From an uncultured virus (IMG/VR IMGVR_UViG_3300027892_000017) (Duplodnaviria > Heunggongvirae > Uroviricota > Caudoviricetes), in IMG/VR virus record IMGVR_UViG_3300027892_000017, positions 1-64,000 of that record: a stretch of DNA of 64,000 nucleotides, one strand, 5' to 3'. A program made the translations under genes and the position numbers. Below the pieces are notes generated by a model, which worked only from the letters and a program-made list of their open reading frames with translations, ran no database searches and had not been told where the DNA came from. Below are positions 49,872-57,670 of this stretch, piece by piece; position 1 is the first letter of the stretch, and every line of letters starts with the position of its first letter.

Positions 49872-49908
49872 ACGTTGTCTCCTAAAAGTGTTTATCTTTT
49901 AGGATTTA

Positions 49909-50148
49909 TTATGCCGCTGGAGCTGGAGCAATGCCGTACATATCGTGAACAGATTTTAATTCTTCTTCCTGTTCAAGTATGTGTGCTTCACTGCTTTTAC
50001 GTAGTTCGTTAATTTGCTTAAGAGTTAATCTAGTTTTTCTAGTGTCGCTGCGTTGTAACTCTTCAATATCTCGTGCAGCATCAAAGCGAAAGTCATTGCT
50101 GATGCGCTGTGTTTCAGGATCAAGATAAAATAATTCGCGTAATATCAT
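49909..50148 (-). CDS. Small hypothetical protein downstream of portal
   Basis: 79-aa ORF, MILRELF...RKTRLTLKQINELRK; late box at 50154-50160. Confidence 0.7.
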   Translation of the reverse strand: MILRELFYLDPETQRISNDFRFDAARDIEELQRSDTRKTRLTLKQINELRKSSEAHILEQEEELKSVHDMYGIAPAPAA

Positions 50149-50159
50149 ATGTTTATTTA

Positions 50160-51887
50160 TCAGGCAGCTGGCGGTGCAGCAGGTGCAGCCGCTGTTGCTC
50201 CAGCACCCATGTCAGCGCCTGGAGGAGCAGCACCATCTGGTGGTGCTATATCATCTGGAGCACTTGTGTCGCCTAATTCTAAGTCGCTGTCAATGCCAGC
50301 AGCACTTATCCCAACACTACGCAACTCACCACTTGCATCAGTACCAGTAATGCTAGCAGTACCTTTTTCTTCCTTCCAAAGACGTTCATTCTCTGCCATC
50401 TCTTCATCTGTAATTCCCAAGAATCGTTTCATAGCAAAGCGTTTACTAATGTAAGGCACTGCTTGAATTGTATTAAATGTATTAATTCGTTGTCCATCTA
50501 CTTCTGCTTGTCTGTATGCTGCAAAGTTCTGCGGAGGTTGGAACTTGATTTCAAACAAACTTGAGTCAACATTTACACCGCGTTTGTATAGATAACGTTT
50601 AAATTCTTGGTCAAATACCCCAGTAATTAAACTTTGCAAACGCATACAGTAGTTGTTAAAGCGTAATTCTTGAATATATGCTGTACCTACACGACCGTCA
50701 TTGTATTGTGCTTGTGAATCATCTGCACCAGTCGGCAAATAACTACTTGGAATGCGTAACGCACGGAATAACTTGTTGGTAAAATACTTTAAGTCGTCAA
50801 TTTCGCCTAAGTTAGTGCCGCCAGGTAGCGTATCTACTTTACTTCCACGTCCGCCTTCTGTTTGTGGGAAGAAATAATCTTCATTAATTGACAATGGATT
50901 GTATGCCGAGTCAATGACGTTGGCTCCTCCGCCAGTTTGTGAAGGAATTCTACGTTGATGAATCTCATTCTTTACACGTTCCACAAAACTCATGGCCATG
51001 TGGCTTGGCATATTGCCCACATCAATGTAAAAAATACGTCTTTCTGGAGCACGTTGTATACGATAGATTAGAATAGCGTCTTCTAATAATTCTTTTTGTT
51101 TGTATACTTTGAATACTTGTTCTAATAAACTGTTACCAAATGGATAATTGTTGTCCAAGCCTTCTGACAAACTTAAATGAACCACGTGAGCAGCATCAAC
51201 TGCTAGTTCATTTTCACCAATGCTGAATCTATCGCCAAACTGTTGCGGAAACGCACCAGTAGCACCTTTACCAATTGCACCACCGCCAGACCAATTAGTT
51301 CCGCGATTGTTTGTTTGCATACTGTTGGGTGTGATCTGTGTCATGACCAAATTTTGAAAGTTTGGTGCTAGGTCTTTGATAACATACTGTTCAGGCTTTT
51401 TGCCTTCGCTTTCGTTAACAATAATTTTTACAACTTTGCTGGGATCCACATAAAACCACTTTTGTGTTTCTGGATCACGTACAAAGAATGCATCACCATA
51501 CTTAAATGTATTACGAATAATACGGAAAAAACGTGTGTCAAATATGTTTAACTTGCTCCATTGTTGCAAGTATTCTCTTAAAACACGGATTTCAGTACTA
51601 GTTGCCTTGCTTTTAAATGCAAGACTGAAACTTGTTGAGTTTTCTTTGTTCTTTTGTGTGCAAAACTCTGCTAGAATATCTAAAGCAGCGTTGATTTCTG
51701 GATCCATGTCCATCGTGTCGTATTGCATATAGCGTTCAACACGATTTGGACTACCAGTGTACACATCTGGCAAGTAACTTGAATAATTCGTACGTGCTGG
51801 TCCAGCTTTTGTCGCATTAGACAAAGGACTAATGTTACTTGAGTTACTATTAACTGGGACGGGAGTAAAGTACTTTTTCCAACTCAT
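50160..51887 (-). CDS. gp20: Portal protein (T4 gp20 family)
   Basis: LLEDAILIYRIQRAPERRIFYIDVGNMP, EDYFFP...GRGSKVDTLPGG.NLGEIDDL.YF. Confidence 0.98.
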   Translation of the reverse strand: MSWKKYFTPVPVNSNSSNISPLSNATKAGPARTNYSSYLPDVYTGSPNRVERYMQYDTMDMDPEINAALDILAEFCTQKNKENSTSFSLAFKSKATSTEIRVLREYLQQWSKLNIFDTRFFRIIRNTFKYGDAFFVRDPETQKWFYVDPSKVVKIIVNESEGKKPEQYVIKDLAPNFQNLVMTQITPNSMQTNNRGTNWSGGGAIGKGATGAFPQQFGDRFSIGENELAVDAAHVVHLSLSEGLDNNYPFGNSLLEQVFKVYKQKELLEDAILIYRIQRAPERRIFYIDVGNMPSHMAMSFVERVKNEIHQRRIPSQTGGGANVIDSAYNPLSINEDYFFPQTEGGRGSKVDTLPGGTNLGEIDDLKYFTNKLFRALRIPSSYLPTGADDSQAQYNDGRVGTAYIQELRFNNYCMRLQSLITGVFDQEFKRYLYKRGVNVDSSLFEIKFQPPQNFAAYRQAEVDGQRINTFNTIQAVPYISKRFAMKRFLGITDEEMAENERLWKEEKGTASITGTDASGELRSVGISAAGIDSDLELGDTSAPDDIAPPDGAAPPGADMGAGATAAAPAAPPAA

Positions 51888-51889
51888 AA

Positions 51890-54343
51890 TTATGTTTTAT
51901 CATGAACGTTGCCGCTCATAGCCTTGGTTGCTCTAACTTGGTTAGCTACTAATCGATTTGTTTCCATCGCAGACTCACTTACCTTGCTCATAGTAGTATT
52001 TAAGCTAGATAATAATTTAGCCACGTCGTCTAGAGTAGCAACTTTTTGTCCTGTCGTTGTTGGCGGTGGTGTTGTGTCTGCTGGTTTTTCTTCAGGTGTG
52101 CCAGCTGCAACTCCTCGTTTAGCATCTTCATTTTGCTGATTGGTAGTCCGTCTATCTACTGCGGCTGGAACCGTTTGCGCTTGAGGTTTAGCTGTAATTT
52201 TTGGCATACCATCAGCACCAATAGATATTTGATCAAACGATGGCATTTTAAATCCGGCTCGATCAAATGCGGCACTTGGACTAACAGGCATTTTTGGTGC
52301 TGTTGGTGCTCCTGATGTTCCAGGTGTTTTACCCAATGCTCTGTCAAAATCAGCATTTAACTTGTCAATCGCACGAAGATTTCCTTGGGCTGCGAATTGT
52401 TGTGCGTATTCACGCTCGCCTGGTCTGTGTGCTTTACCGCCGTCATTGATATTTGGATCAAATCCACCTGGATATGTTGTCTTTCCAGTGCCACTGCCAG
52501 GCATTCCAGGCATTCCTGGTATTCCAGATGGTATTAAATTCTTCACCATGCCCATCATGTCTGCTGGGTTAGGCATTGCAGATGTATCAATTTTGATATT
52601 TTTTGCCATTGCAGACAAATCTAAGTTAGGCATTCCTTTCTGGCCTGGCATTGATTTAGTCATTTGTTGTACAGCGTCGGCTACACCCTGTTGTTGCATA
52701 CCTGAAGCAATTTTCTTTAACTGCTCTTCAGTTATTACACCTTCTTTTCCGTGGAGCATGGCCAATGTGCCTTTACCAAAATCTTCTATTAAACTTCCAG
52801 TAGTTCCCAACGATCCTGTTGATTTGGGTTTAGCTTCTACTGCGGGCGATGTATTCATCTGGTAAACTTTGATAGCATCACCTACAAAATTGGCGGCAGA
52901 AACAGCCATAGAGGTTAATCCTCCCACTGCTCCTCCAGCCATCTTGTCAATGGCTTGCACAGCAGTATTACCGCCAATTGCTCCAAAGTTATATTCAGTG
53001 TCAGCTCGAGTACCTGCTGCTGCTTGACGGCCAGCAAGTCCTTCGGCAGTTGCTGCTTGTCTATATTGGGCAGTTGTTTGTGCAATAGTATCTCTTGCCC
53101 CAACACCTTGACTCGTGTTACCGTAAATATCCAAGCCAGCTTGATTTAATTGTCCGGTATTCAGTGGTTTGCCAATTACGTTTGCACCAGCTGCTCTGAT
53201 GTCGTCTATTCTAGCTTTAGCACTAATTAACGCTGCTGTTGCACCATGTCGAGCTTGTTGTTCATCTTCAATTGCTTTCTTTTGCCCGCCTAAAACCTTT
53301 GTAACGTCACTCATTGCAGTGCCCATAGCTTGGGCAGTTTTTACTGCGCCGTGATATGCTGCATCGTTTGACTCGATATTCTTTTTCATTACTTCAGCTG
53401 CTGGACCTACGCCAGATGCTGTGATATTAAGTAATGCTTCGTTCTTCTGATTGGCCATATTACCAATTTTGGCAGTTTCCATAGATGCTTGACTAGCTTC
53501 TATGTTACCTTTACTCAATGCTTTGGCTGATTCTGCTGTACCACGTGCCGCATCACCAAGTAGGCCCATTTGCATGGCTGCTTCTTGACTGCGTACTGTG
53601 CCAGTAGCAAACATTTCTTTGAACACTTGTCCAGTGCCCATTGCTTCTGCTTGTGCTAGTTGTTTGGCAAATCCTTCTCGAGCAATTTTCTCAGCTTCAG
53701 CGCCTTGTTGTAAACCAATTAATCGCATCTTGGCTTCAATTTGACCGTCAGCTTTGGCTTTTTCTAAACTTGCTTCTTGTTCTTTACGTGTCTTACCAGT
53801 TTGTTTGGCAATCAAGTCCATTTCAGTTGCTAGTTCAGCAGCTGCCTGACTTGTTCTTATTTGTCCAGCTACACTGGTATCAGTTGTAGACTTTTGAAAT
53901 CCAATCTGAGTTGCAAGGACTTCATTCAAGTCCTTGCTAGTATAACCCATTTGGCGTAGATTTTCAGTAAGTCCACTATCAAAGAATGTTTTACTGAACT
54001 CTGTAAAGGCCATTCCGCCTTTGGCCACATTGCCACCTAATCCAGCAAAGTCCTTTGCACTCTTGGATTGTACTGCGGCAAATTCTTCAAAGCTCATGCG
54101 ACTGTTTGCAGCCGCAATACGCATTCCTACAATGTCATTGTTAAACGCATTACCAGTATTACTTAAATTTTGAAATACTTTTTCGCCGCCTTGAACCCAA
54201 TCATATAAAGCGCCAAGTTGTTTGCCTAGTTTGTCGGCAGGCCCGCCAAGAGATGCTAATGGATCTTTGCCAGTCGATGGATTAGCTTGAGCATACTTTG
54301 CGTTAGCTGCTGCCATTTTTTCATAGTCAATTTCTGCTGCCAT
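51890..54343 (-). CDS. Putative tape-measure/baseplate hub protein (gp29-like)
   Basis: Long Ala/Gln helical protein; FGKGTLAMLHGKEGVIT; divergent from gp26-like gene. Confidence 0.65.
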   Translation of the reverse strand: MAAEIDYEKMAAANAKYAQANPSTGKDPLASLGGPADKLGKQLGALYDWVQGGEKVFQNLSNTGNAFNNDIVGMRIAAANSRMSFEEFAAVQSKSAKDFAGLGGNVAKGGMAFTEFSKTFFDSGLTENLRQMGYTSKDLNEVLATQIGFQKSTTDTSVAGQIRTSQAAAELATEMDLIAKQTGKTRKEQEASLEKAKADGQIEAKMRLIGLQQGAEAEKIAREGFAKQLAQAEAMGTGQVFKEMFATGTVRSQEAAMQMGLLGDAARGTAESAKALSKGNIEASQASMETAKIGNMANQKNEALLNITASGVGPAAEVMKKNIESNDAAYHGAVKTAQAMGTAMSDVTKVLGGQKKAIEDEQQARHGATAALISAKARIDDIRAAGANVIGKPLNTGQLNQAGLDIYGNTSQGVGARDTIAQTTAQYRQAATAEGLAGRQAAAGTRADTEYNFGAIGGNTAVQAIDKMAGGAVGGLTSMAVSAANFVGDAIKVYQMNTSPAVEAKPKSTGSLGTTGSLIEDFGKGTLAMLHGKEGVITEEQLKKIASGMQQQGVADAVQQMTKSMPGQKGMPNLDLSAMAKNIKIDTSAMPNPADMMGMVKNLIPSGIPGMPGMPGSGTGKTTYPGGFDPNINDGGKAHRPGEREYAQQFAAQGNLRAIDKLNADFDRALGKTPGTSGAPTAPKMPVSPSAAFDRAGFKMPSFDQISIGADGMPKITAKPQAQTVPAAVDRRTTNQQNEDAKRGVAAGTPEEKPADTTPPPTTTGQKVATLDDVAKLLSSLNTTMSKVSESAMETNRLVANQVRATKAMSGNVHDKT

Positions 54344-54367
54344 TATTTTTTCCTAGAAAACTGCGTA

Positions 54368-54389
54368 TATAAATACTCATTATATTTAT
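54368..54389. promoter_or_regulatory. Overlapping divergent late promoters
   Basis: Perfect TATAAATA on plus (54368-54375) and ATAAATA on minus (54383-54389). Confidence 0.75.
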
Positions 54390-54400
54390 CGGAGTATCAA

Positions 54401-55240
54401 ATGACAGCTAATAACCCTTTACAAAAGTATTTTAGACAACCTAAAATTTACATGGCACTGCCCAGCAAGGGACTGTTCTATCCACCAGGTTCACTTTTAG
54501 GAGATTATAATAATGTTCCAATCTTTGGAATGACTGGCATGGATGAGATCATAATGAAAACTCCCGATGCCCTGTTCAACGGAGAGGCAACTACCAAAGT
54601 TATTGAAAGTTGCTGTCCTTACATTCCTGATGCTACTGTAATTCCCAGTACAGATGTAGATGCACTGTTAGTGGGTATTAGGATTGCAACTTACGGTGGA
54701 GAAATGGAATTAACACATAATTGTCCAGCTTGTAAAGCTGAGAATGAATTTGTAGTTGACTTACAACGAATACTTGACTACTATAGTAGTGTTAATTTTG
54801 ATGGTAAGATTCAAATTGATGATTTAACTATTACTATTAGACCGTTATCTTATGCAGAAGTTACAACGTTTAATATGGAAAACTTTAAATTACAAAAAAT
54901 GCTGTATCAATTGAGTAAGGCAGAAGCTGCTGAAGATGAAGCTAAAACACAAGAAGTAAACGATTCTATATACAAACGTATTAGCGAAATGCAAGTAGAA
55001 TTATTTTTAATCAGTATTGATAATATACAAGTTGGTGGTGAAACTGTCACTGAGGGTGATACTATTGCTGAATGGTTGCAAAACAGTGACCGTAAATTCT
55101 TCAAAGCAATCAAAGAAAAACTTGAGAGAAACAAGGAAATGTGGAATATGCCCAAGCAACATGTAACATGTTCTGCTTGTAGTCACGAAACTGACGTTGA
55201 AGTAACATTGGATCAAGCAAATTTTTTCGCCAGAAGCTAA
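54401..55240 (+). CDS. gp26: Baseplate hub assembly protein (gp26-like), 279 aa
   Basis: Start MTANNPL at 54401 after GGAG; LPSKG.FY, MT..DEI, D.DALL..IRIATYG, CPAC, CSAC, terminal NFF. Confidence 0.8.
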   Translation: MTANNPLQKYFRQPKIYMALPSKGLFYPPGSLLGDYNNVPIFGMTGMDEIIMKTPDALFNGEATTKVIESCCPYIPDATVIPSTDVDALLVGIRIATYGGEMELTHNCPACKAENEFVVDLQRILDYYSSVNFDGKIQIDDLTITIRPLSYAEVTTFNMENFKLQKMLYQLSKAEAAEDEAKTQEVNDSIYKRISEMQVELFLISIDNIQVGGETVTEGDTIAEWLQNSDRKFFKAIKEKLERNKEMWNMPKQHVTCSACSHETDVEVTLDQANFFARS

Positions 55241-55461
55241 TTTATATCCCGGACTCTGAGCTAGAAGATTTTCTCAAGAGTCATGATAGATATGTCCATG
55301 ATATAAAGGACGAAATTTATCGAATTAGCTGGTTTATGCGTGGCGGGGTTTCAGTAAGTGAAATGTTATATAGTCTTACTCGAGAAGATCGTTTGATTAT
55401 GAACGAAATTATCAAAGAAAATATTGAATTGACCAAGAACAGCGGATTGCCGTTAATGTAA
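55225..55461 (+). CDS. -1 frame extension of the gp26-like gene (gp51-like/GT-like segment); not in ORF track
   Basis: Frame open 55201-55461: FRQKLIYIPDSELEDFLKSHDRYVHDIKDEIYRISWFMRGGVSVSEMLYSLTREDRLIMNEIIKENIELTKNSGLPLM*. No ATG/GTG/TTG before 55336; slippery T TTT TTC at 55222-55228. Confidence 0.7.
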   Translation, partial: FRQKLIYIPDSELEDFLKSHDRYVHDIKDEIYRISWFMRGGVSVSEMLYSLTREDRLIMNEIIKENIELTKNSGLPLM

Positions 55462-56283
55462 TCACTTGCCGCCTCGGCCAGTACCTTTGAATGGGTCTAC
55501 TCTTCCACCTGACGAATCAGCTGCTTTTTGTAATATACTAAATGGATCAGTTGGGTCTACTCCAGATAAATCTGTTTTTTCAACATCTTTAGGGACGTTG
55601 CCCGTTGCCACTTGTGTTACTGCTGTACCAACATTGACCAACCATGGAGCTAGTTCTGGTATCGTACCAATTCCAGTAATCATAACACCAAATGTATCAA
55701 CTAACCATTTTTTGCCAGCTTCTGTACTAAACCCAACTAGTAAAGCTGTTTCAAGACCTTTTGAACCAACTTGTTTTACAATGGCAGCTAATTCAGCTGA
55801 ACGGTTTCCAGGGAACTGTTTAATAATCCAAGGAACAGACGATGCAATTTTGCCTAACAGTAATTTATTTGCAGCCCACATGGTAACTTTAGGTGCAATA
55901 ATCGCGGTAATAAATTTACCACGCAGTGTACGAAGTTGTTCTTCATAGTCTGGCGCACTCTTATCTAATTTGCCAGCTTGATAATTGTAATTGATAACTT
56001 CTTTGGCAATATCCAATGCATAAAATAATTTCATTGTTTGACTGCCGTAATGCTGGGCTGCTATTTCAGCGGCCCTTGCATACTGTGCTTTGGTAGCAAC
56101 CGATGTCGCATTACCAGTTACTTTTTCCACTCCCCTAGCAACCCATGAAGTTGCGTCGTCAGCAGTGTCCTTAGCAACACTAGCAGCTTTAGGAACAGCA
56201 GATCTAGCACCCTTAAAGGCATTATAACCAGTCTTTAATGCTGATAAAAATCCAACTTCAGAAACAATTTGATAAACTTTCAT
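55462..56283 (-). CDS. Hypothetical late protein with amphipathic/hydrophobic helices
   Basis: Likely start MKVYQIVSE at 56283, 7 nt after ATAAATA (56291-56297). Confidence 0.7.
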   Translation of the reverse strand: MKVYQIVSEVGFLSALKTGYNAFKGARSAVPKAASVAKDTADDATSWVARGVEKVTGNATSVATKAQYARAAEIAAQHYGSQTMKLFYALDIAKEVINYNYQAGKLDKSAPDYEEQLRTLRGKFITAIIAPKVTMWAANKLLLGKIASSVPWIIKQFPGNRSAELAAIVKQVGSKGLETALLVGFSTEAGKKWLVDTFGVMITGIGTIPELAPWLVNVGTAVTQVATGNVPKDVEKTDLSGVDPTDPFSILQKAADSSGGRVDPFKGTGRGGK

Positions 56284-56316
56284 AGTATTGTATTTATTAT
56301 TCCAGTGGTATGTTCT

Positions 56317-56798
56317 TTGTGAGCTCACGCTCACAAGTGTTTTATGCTTCGCTTTGCTACGCATAAACACCTTTTCTTTAACTAAAGTATTTAATAGAAT
56401 TAACTGCGAAGCAGTTTAAATATTATCTAGATTGTTTAGTCACACTTGGCCCTGGCGGGCCAAAGTTTTGAACATTATCTGAGTTGCATAGTTCACTTAG
56501 CGTTGTGGCGATTGCAGAGGCGGTCATCCTGTACCTCGAGCCACGTCTTTATATGACGGCGGTTTGTGTGGTATACGCTAACATACACACAAACGTAGGG
56601 AATACTATCCCTTCATTTAGCCTTGTAAATTTGTTTTAAACAGCAAAATCAGTTTATGGAAGGCATATCCGATCATCGTCCTGTTAAGGATAGTTGCTGA
56701 GTACTCTTGGCGGCTAGAGTTTTCCGTCCGGGCGTAATTAAACCCCTTGTCATGGGCACAGGATTTTAGCTAGTGCTTGCTTAATACCGCTTGTGAGC
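56317..56798 (-). ncRNA. Candidate large structured ncRNA downstream of the GIY-YIG gene
   Basis: No credible ORF in an otherwise gene-dense genome; at least 10 stems, a 6-bp loop pseudoknot and 9-bp complementary ends; G-U pair and GNRA loop favour the minus strand. Confidence 0.7.
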
Positions 56799-57224
56799 CT
56801 AAGATTTTAATATATGTGAGCCGTGTACACGCACAGAAATCTGTCCGTTATACCACTCGTCTGATTCTAACACTTTATTGAGGAATTGTTCTCTGGCCTC
56901 GATATAAGAGCATTGCGCCTTTGATGTACAGTAGTATAAAATTTCACGTTTGAAATTTTCTTTGCCTAAGAGTTCTATATCTTTAGATAAGTTAGGGCTG
57001 CTACCATAGTAGTCACGCCAATCACTATCAATTTTGCTTCTGATTTTCTTCTTTTTCTTGGAGCCATTCTTTAACTTAACAACTTTGTAAGTTGTTTTAG
57101 CGAATTTTGCAAGTTTTTTGCCTATGTACTTTTTGCCAGAGATTGTATTGGTTATCAAATATACGAAGCCTACGCAGTCTTCAGGTAGTTCTTCTATTTG
57201 TGTATCTTGATAAGTCCAATGCAT
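56799..57224 (-). CDS. Small GIY-YIG-family nuclease (Seg-like catalytic domain only)
   Basis: GFVYLITN..SGKKYIGKK, YYGSS, GKENFKREIL, conserved E (YIEAREQ), WYNG; Lys-rich insert. Confidence 0.88.
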   Translation of the reverse strand: MHWTYQDTQIEELPEDCVGFVYLITNTISGKKYIGKKLAKFAKTTYKVVKLKNGSKKKKKIRSKIDSDWRDYYGSSPNLSKDIELLGKENFKREILYYCTSKAQCSYIEAREQFLNKVLESDEWYNGQISVRVHGSHILKS

Positions 57225-57227
57225 CCA

Positions 57228-57482
57228 TTATGTATCGGATGCTGGTGGCGTGCCTTGTTGTTTTTGGATTTGTTTCTTTTCTGCTTTAATTTGATCCAGT
57301 TCATGACGCCATTCTTGTATATGAATGCGTCTCAAACTGCATATTCGCCTAATTTCGCTGAGCCAGTATCTAGTTGCAATACCGCTACGCCGCGTGCCTT
57401 TAGAAATCCATTTCTGGTTTTCTCTAAAATAATTGTTGAAAGCGGTCATGAGCTGACTATGCAACTCTTCATCACGTTTCAC
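57228..57482 (-). CDS. Small basic protein, histone H1-like Hc1-family-like
   Basis: F..Y..EN.K...KG.R.SG...R..LSEI...C..RR..IQE resembles the Hc1 helical hairpin. Confidence 0.5.
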   Translation of the reverse strand: MKRDEELHSQLMTAFNNYFRENQKWISKGTRRSGIATRYWLSEIRRICSLRRIHIQEWRHELDQIKAEKKQIQKQQGTPPASDT

Positions 57483-57670
57483 TTTTTAGCCTTTTTAATA
57501 ATGTCTATTGTTACATCATTGATTTTTGAATCTTGAATAGACCTAATATGCAAGCGTTCTGCACAGTTTCTGATATCGTCATACAATGCTAAATCGCCTG
57601 TTTCTTCCAAGGTTAACTTTGCAACTTCGTGCAAGACAATAACAGCATCTATAAGCGCCATGTTTCTCAT
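57479..57670 (-). CDS. Hypothetical protein
   Basis: 63-aa ORF with ATGA overlaps on both sides. Confidence 0.6.
   Translation of the reverse strand: MRNMALIDAVIVLHEVAKLTLEETGDLALYDDIRNCAERLHIRSIQDSKINDVTIDIIKKAKK

Noticed and set aside
56284..56370. N-terminal extension of ORF 55462..56370
   Set aside because: It runs through two hairpins and a late box; the start at 56283 fits the promoter spacing and N-terminal motif better.
56317..56798. Group I intron, tRNA cluster, tmRNA or RNase P identity for the structured element
   Set aside because: It does not interrupt a gene, and I could not find P7 core, T-loop/CCA, tag ORF or RNase P P4 consensus by eye; a covariance-model search is still needed.
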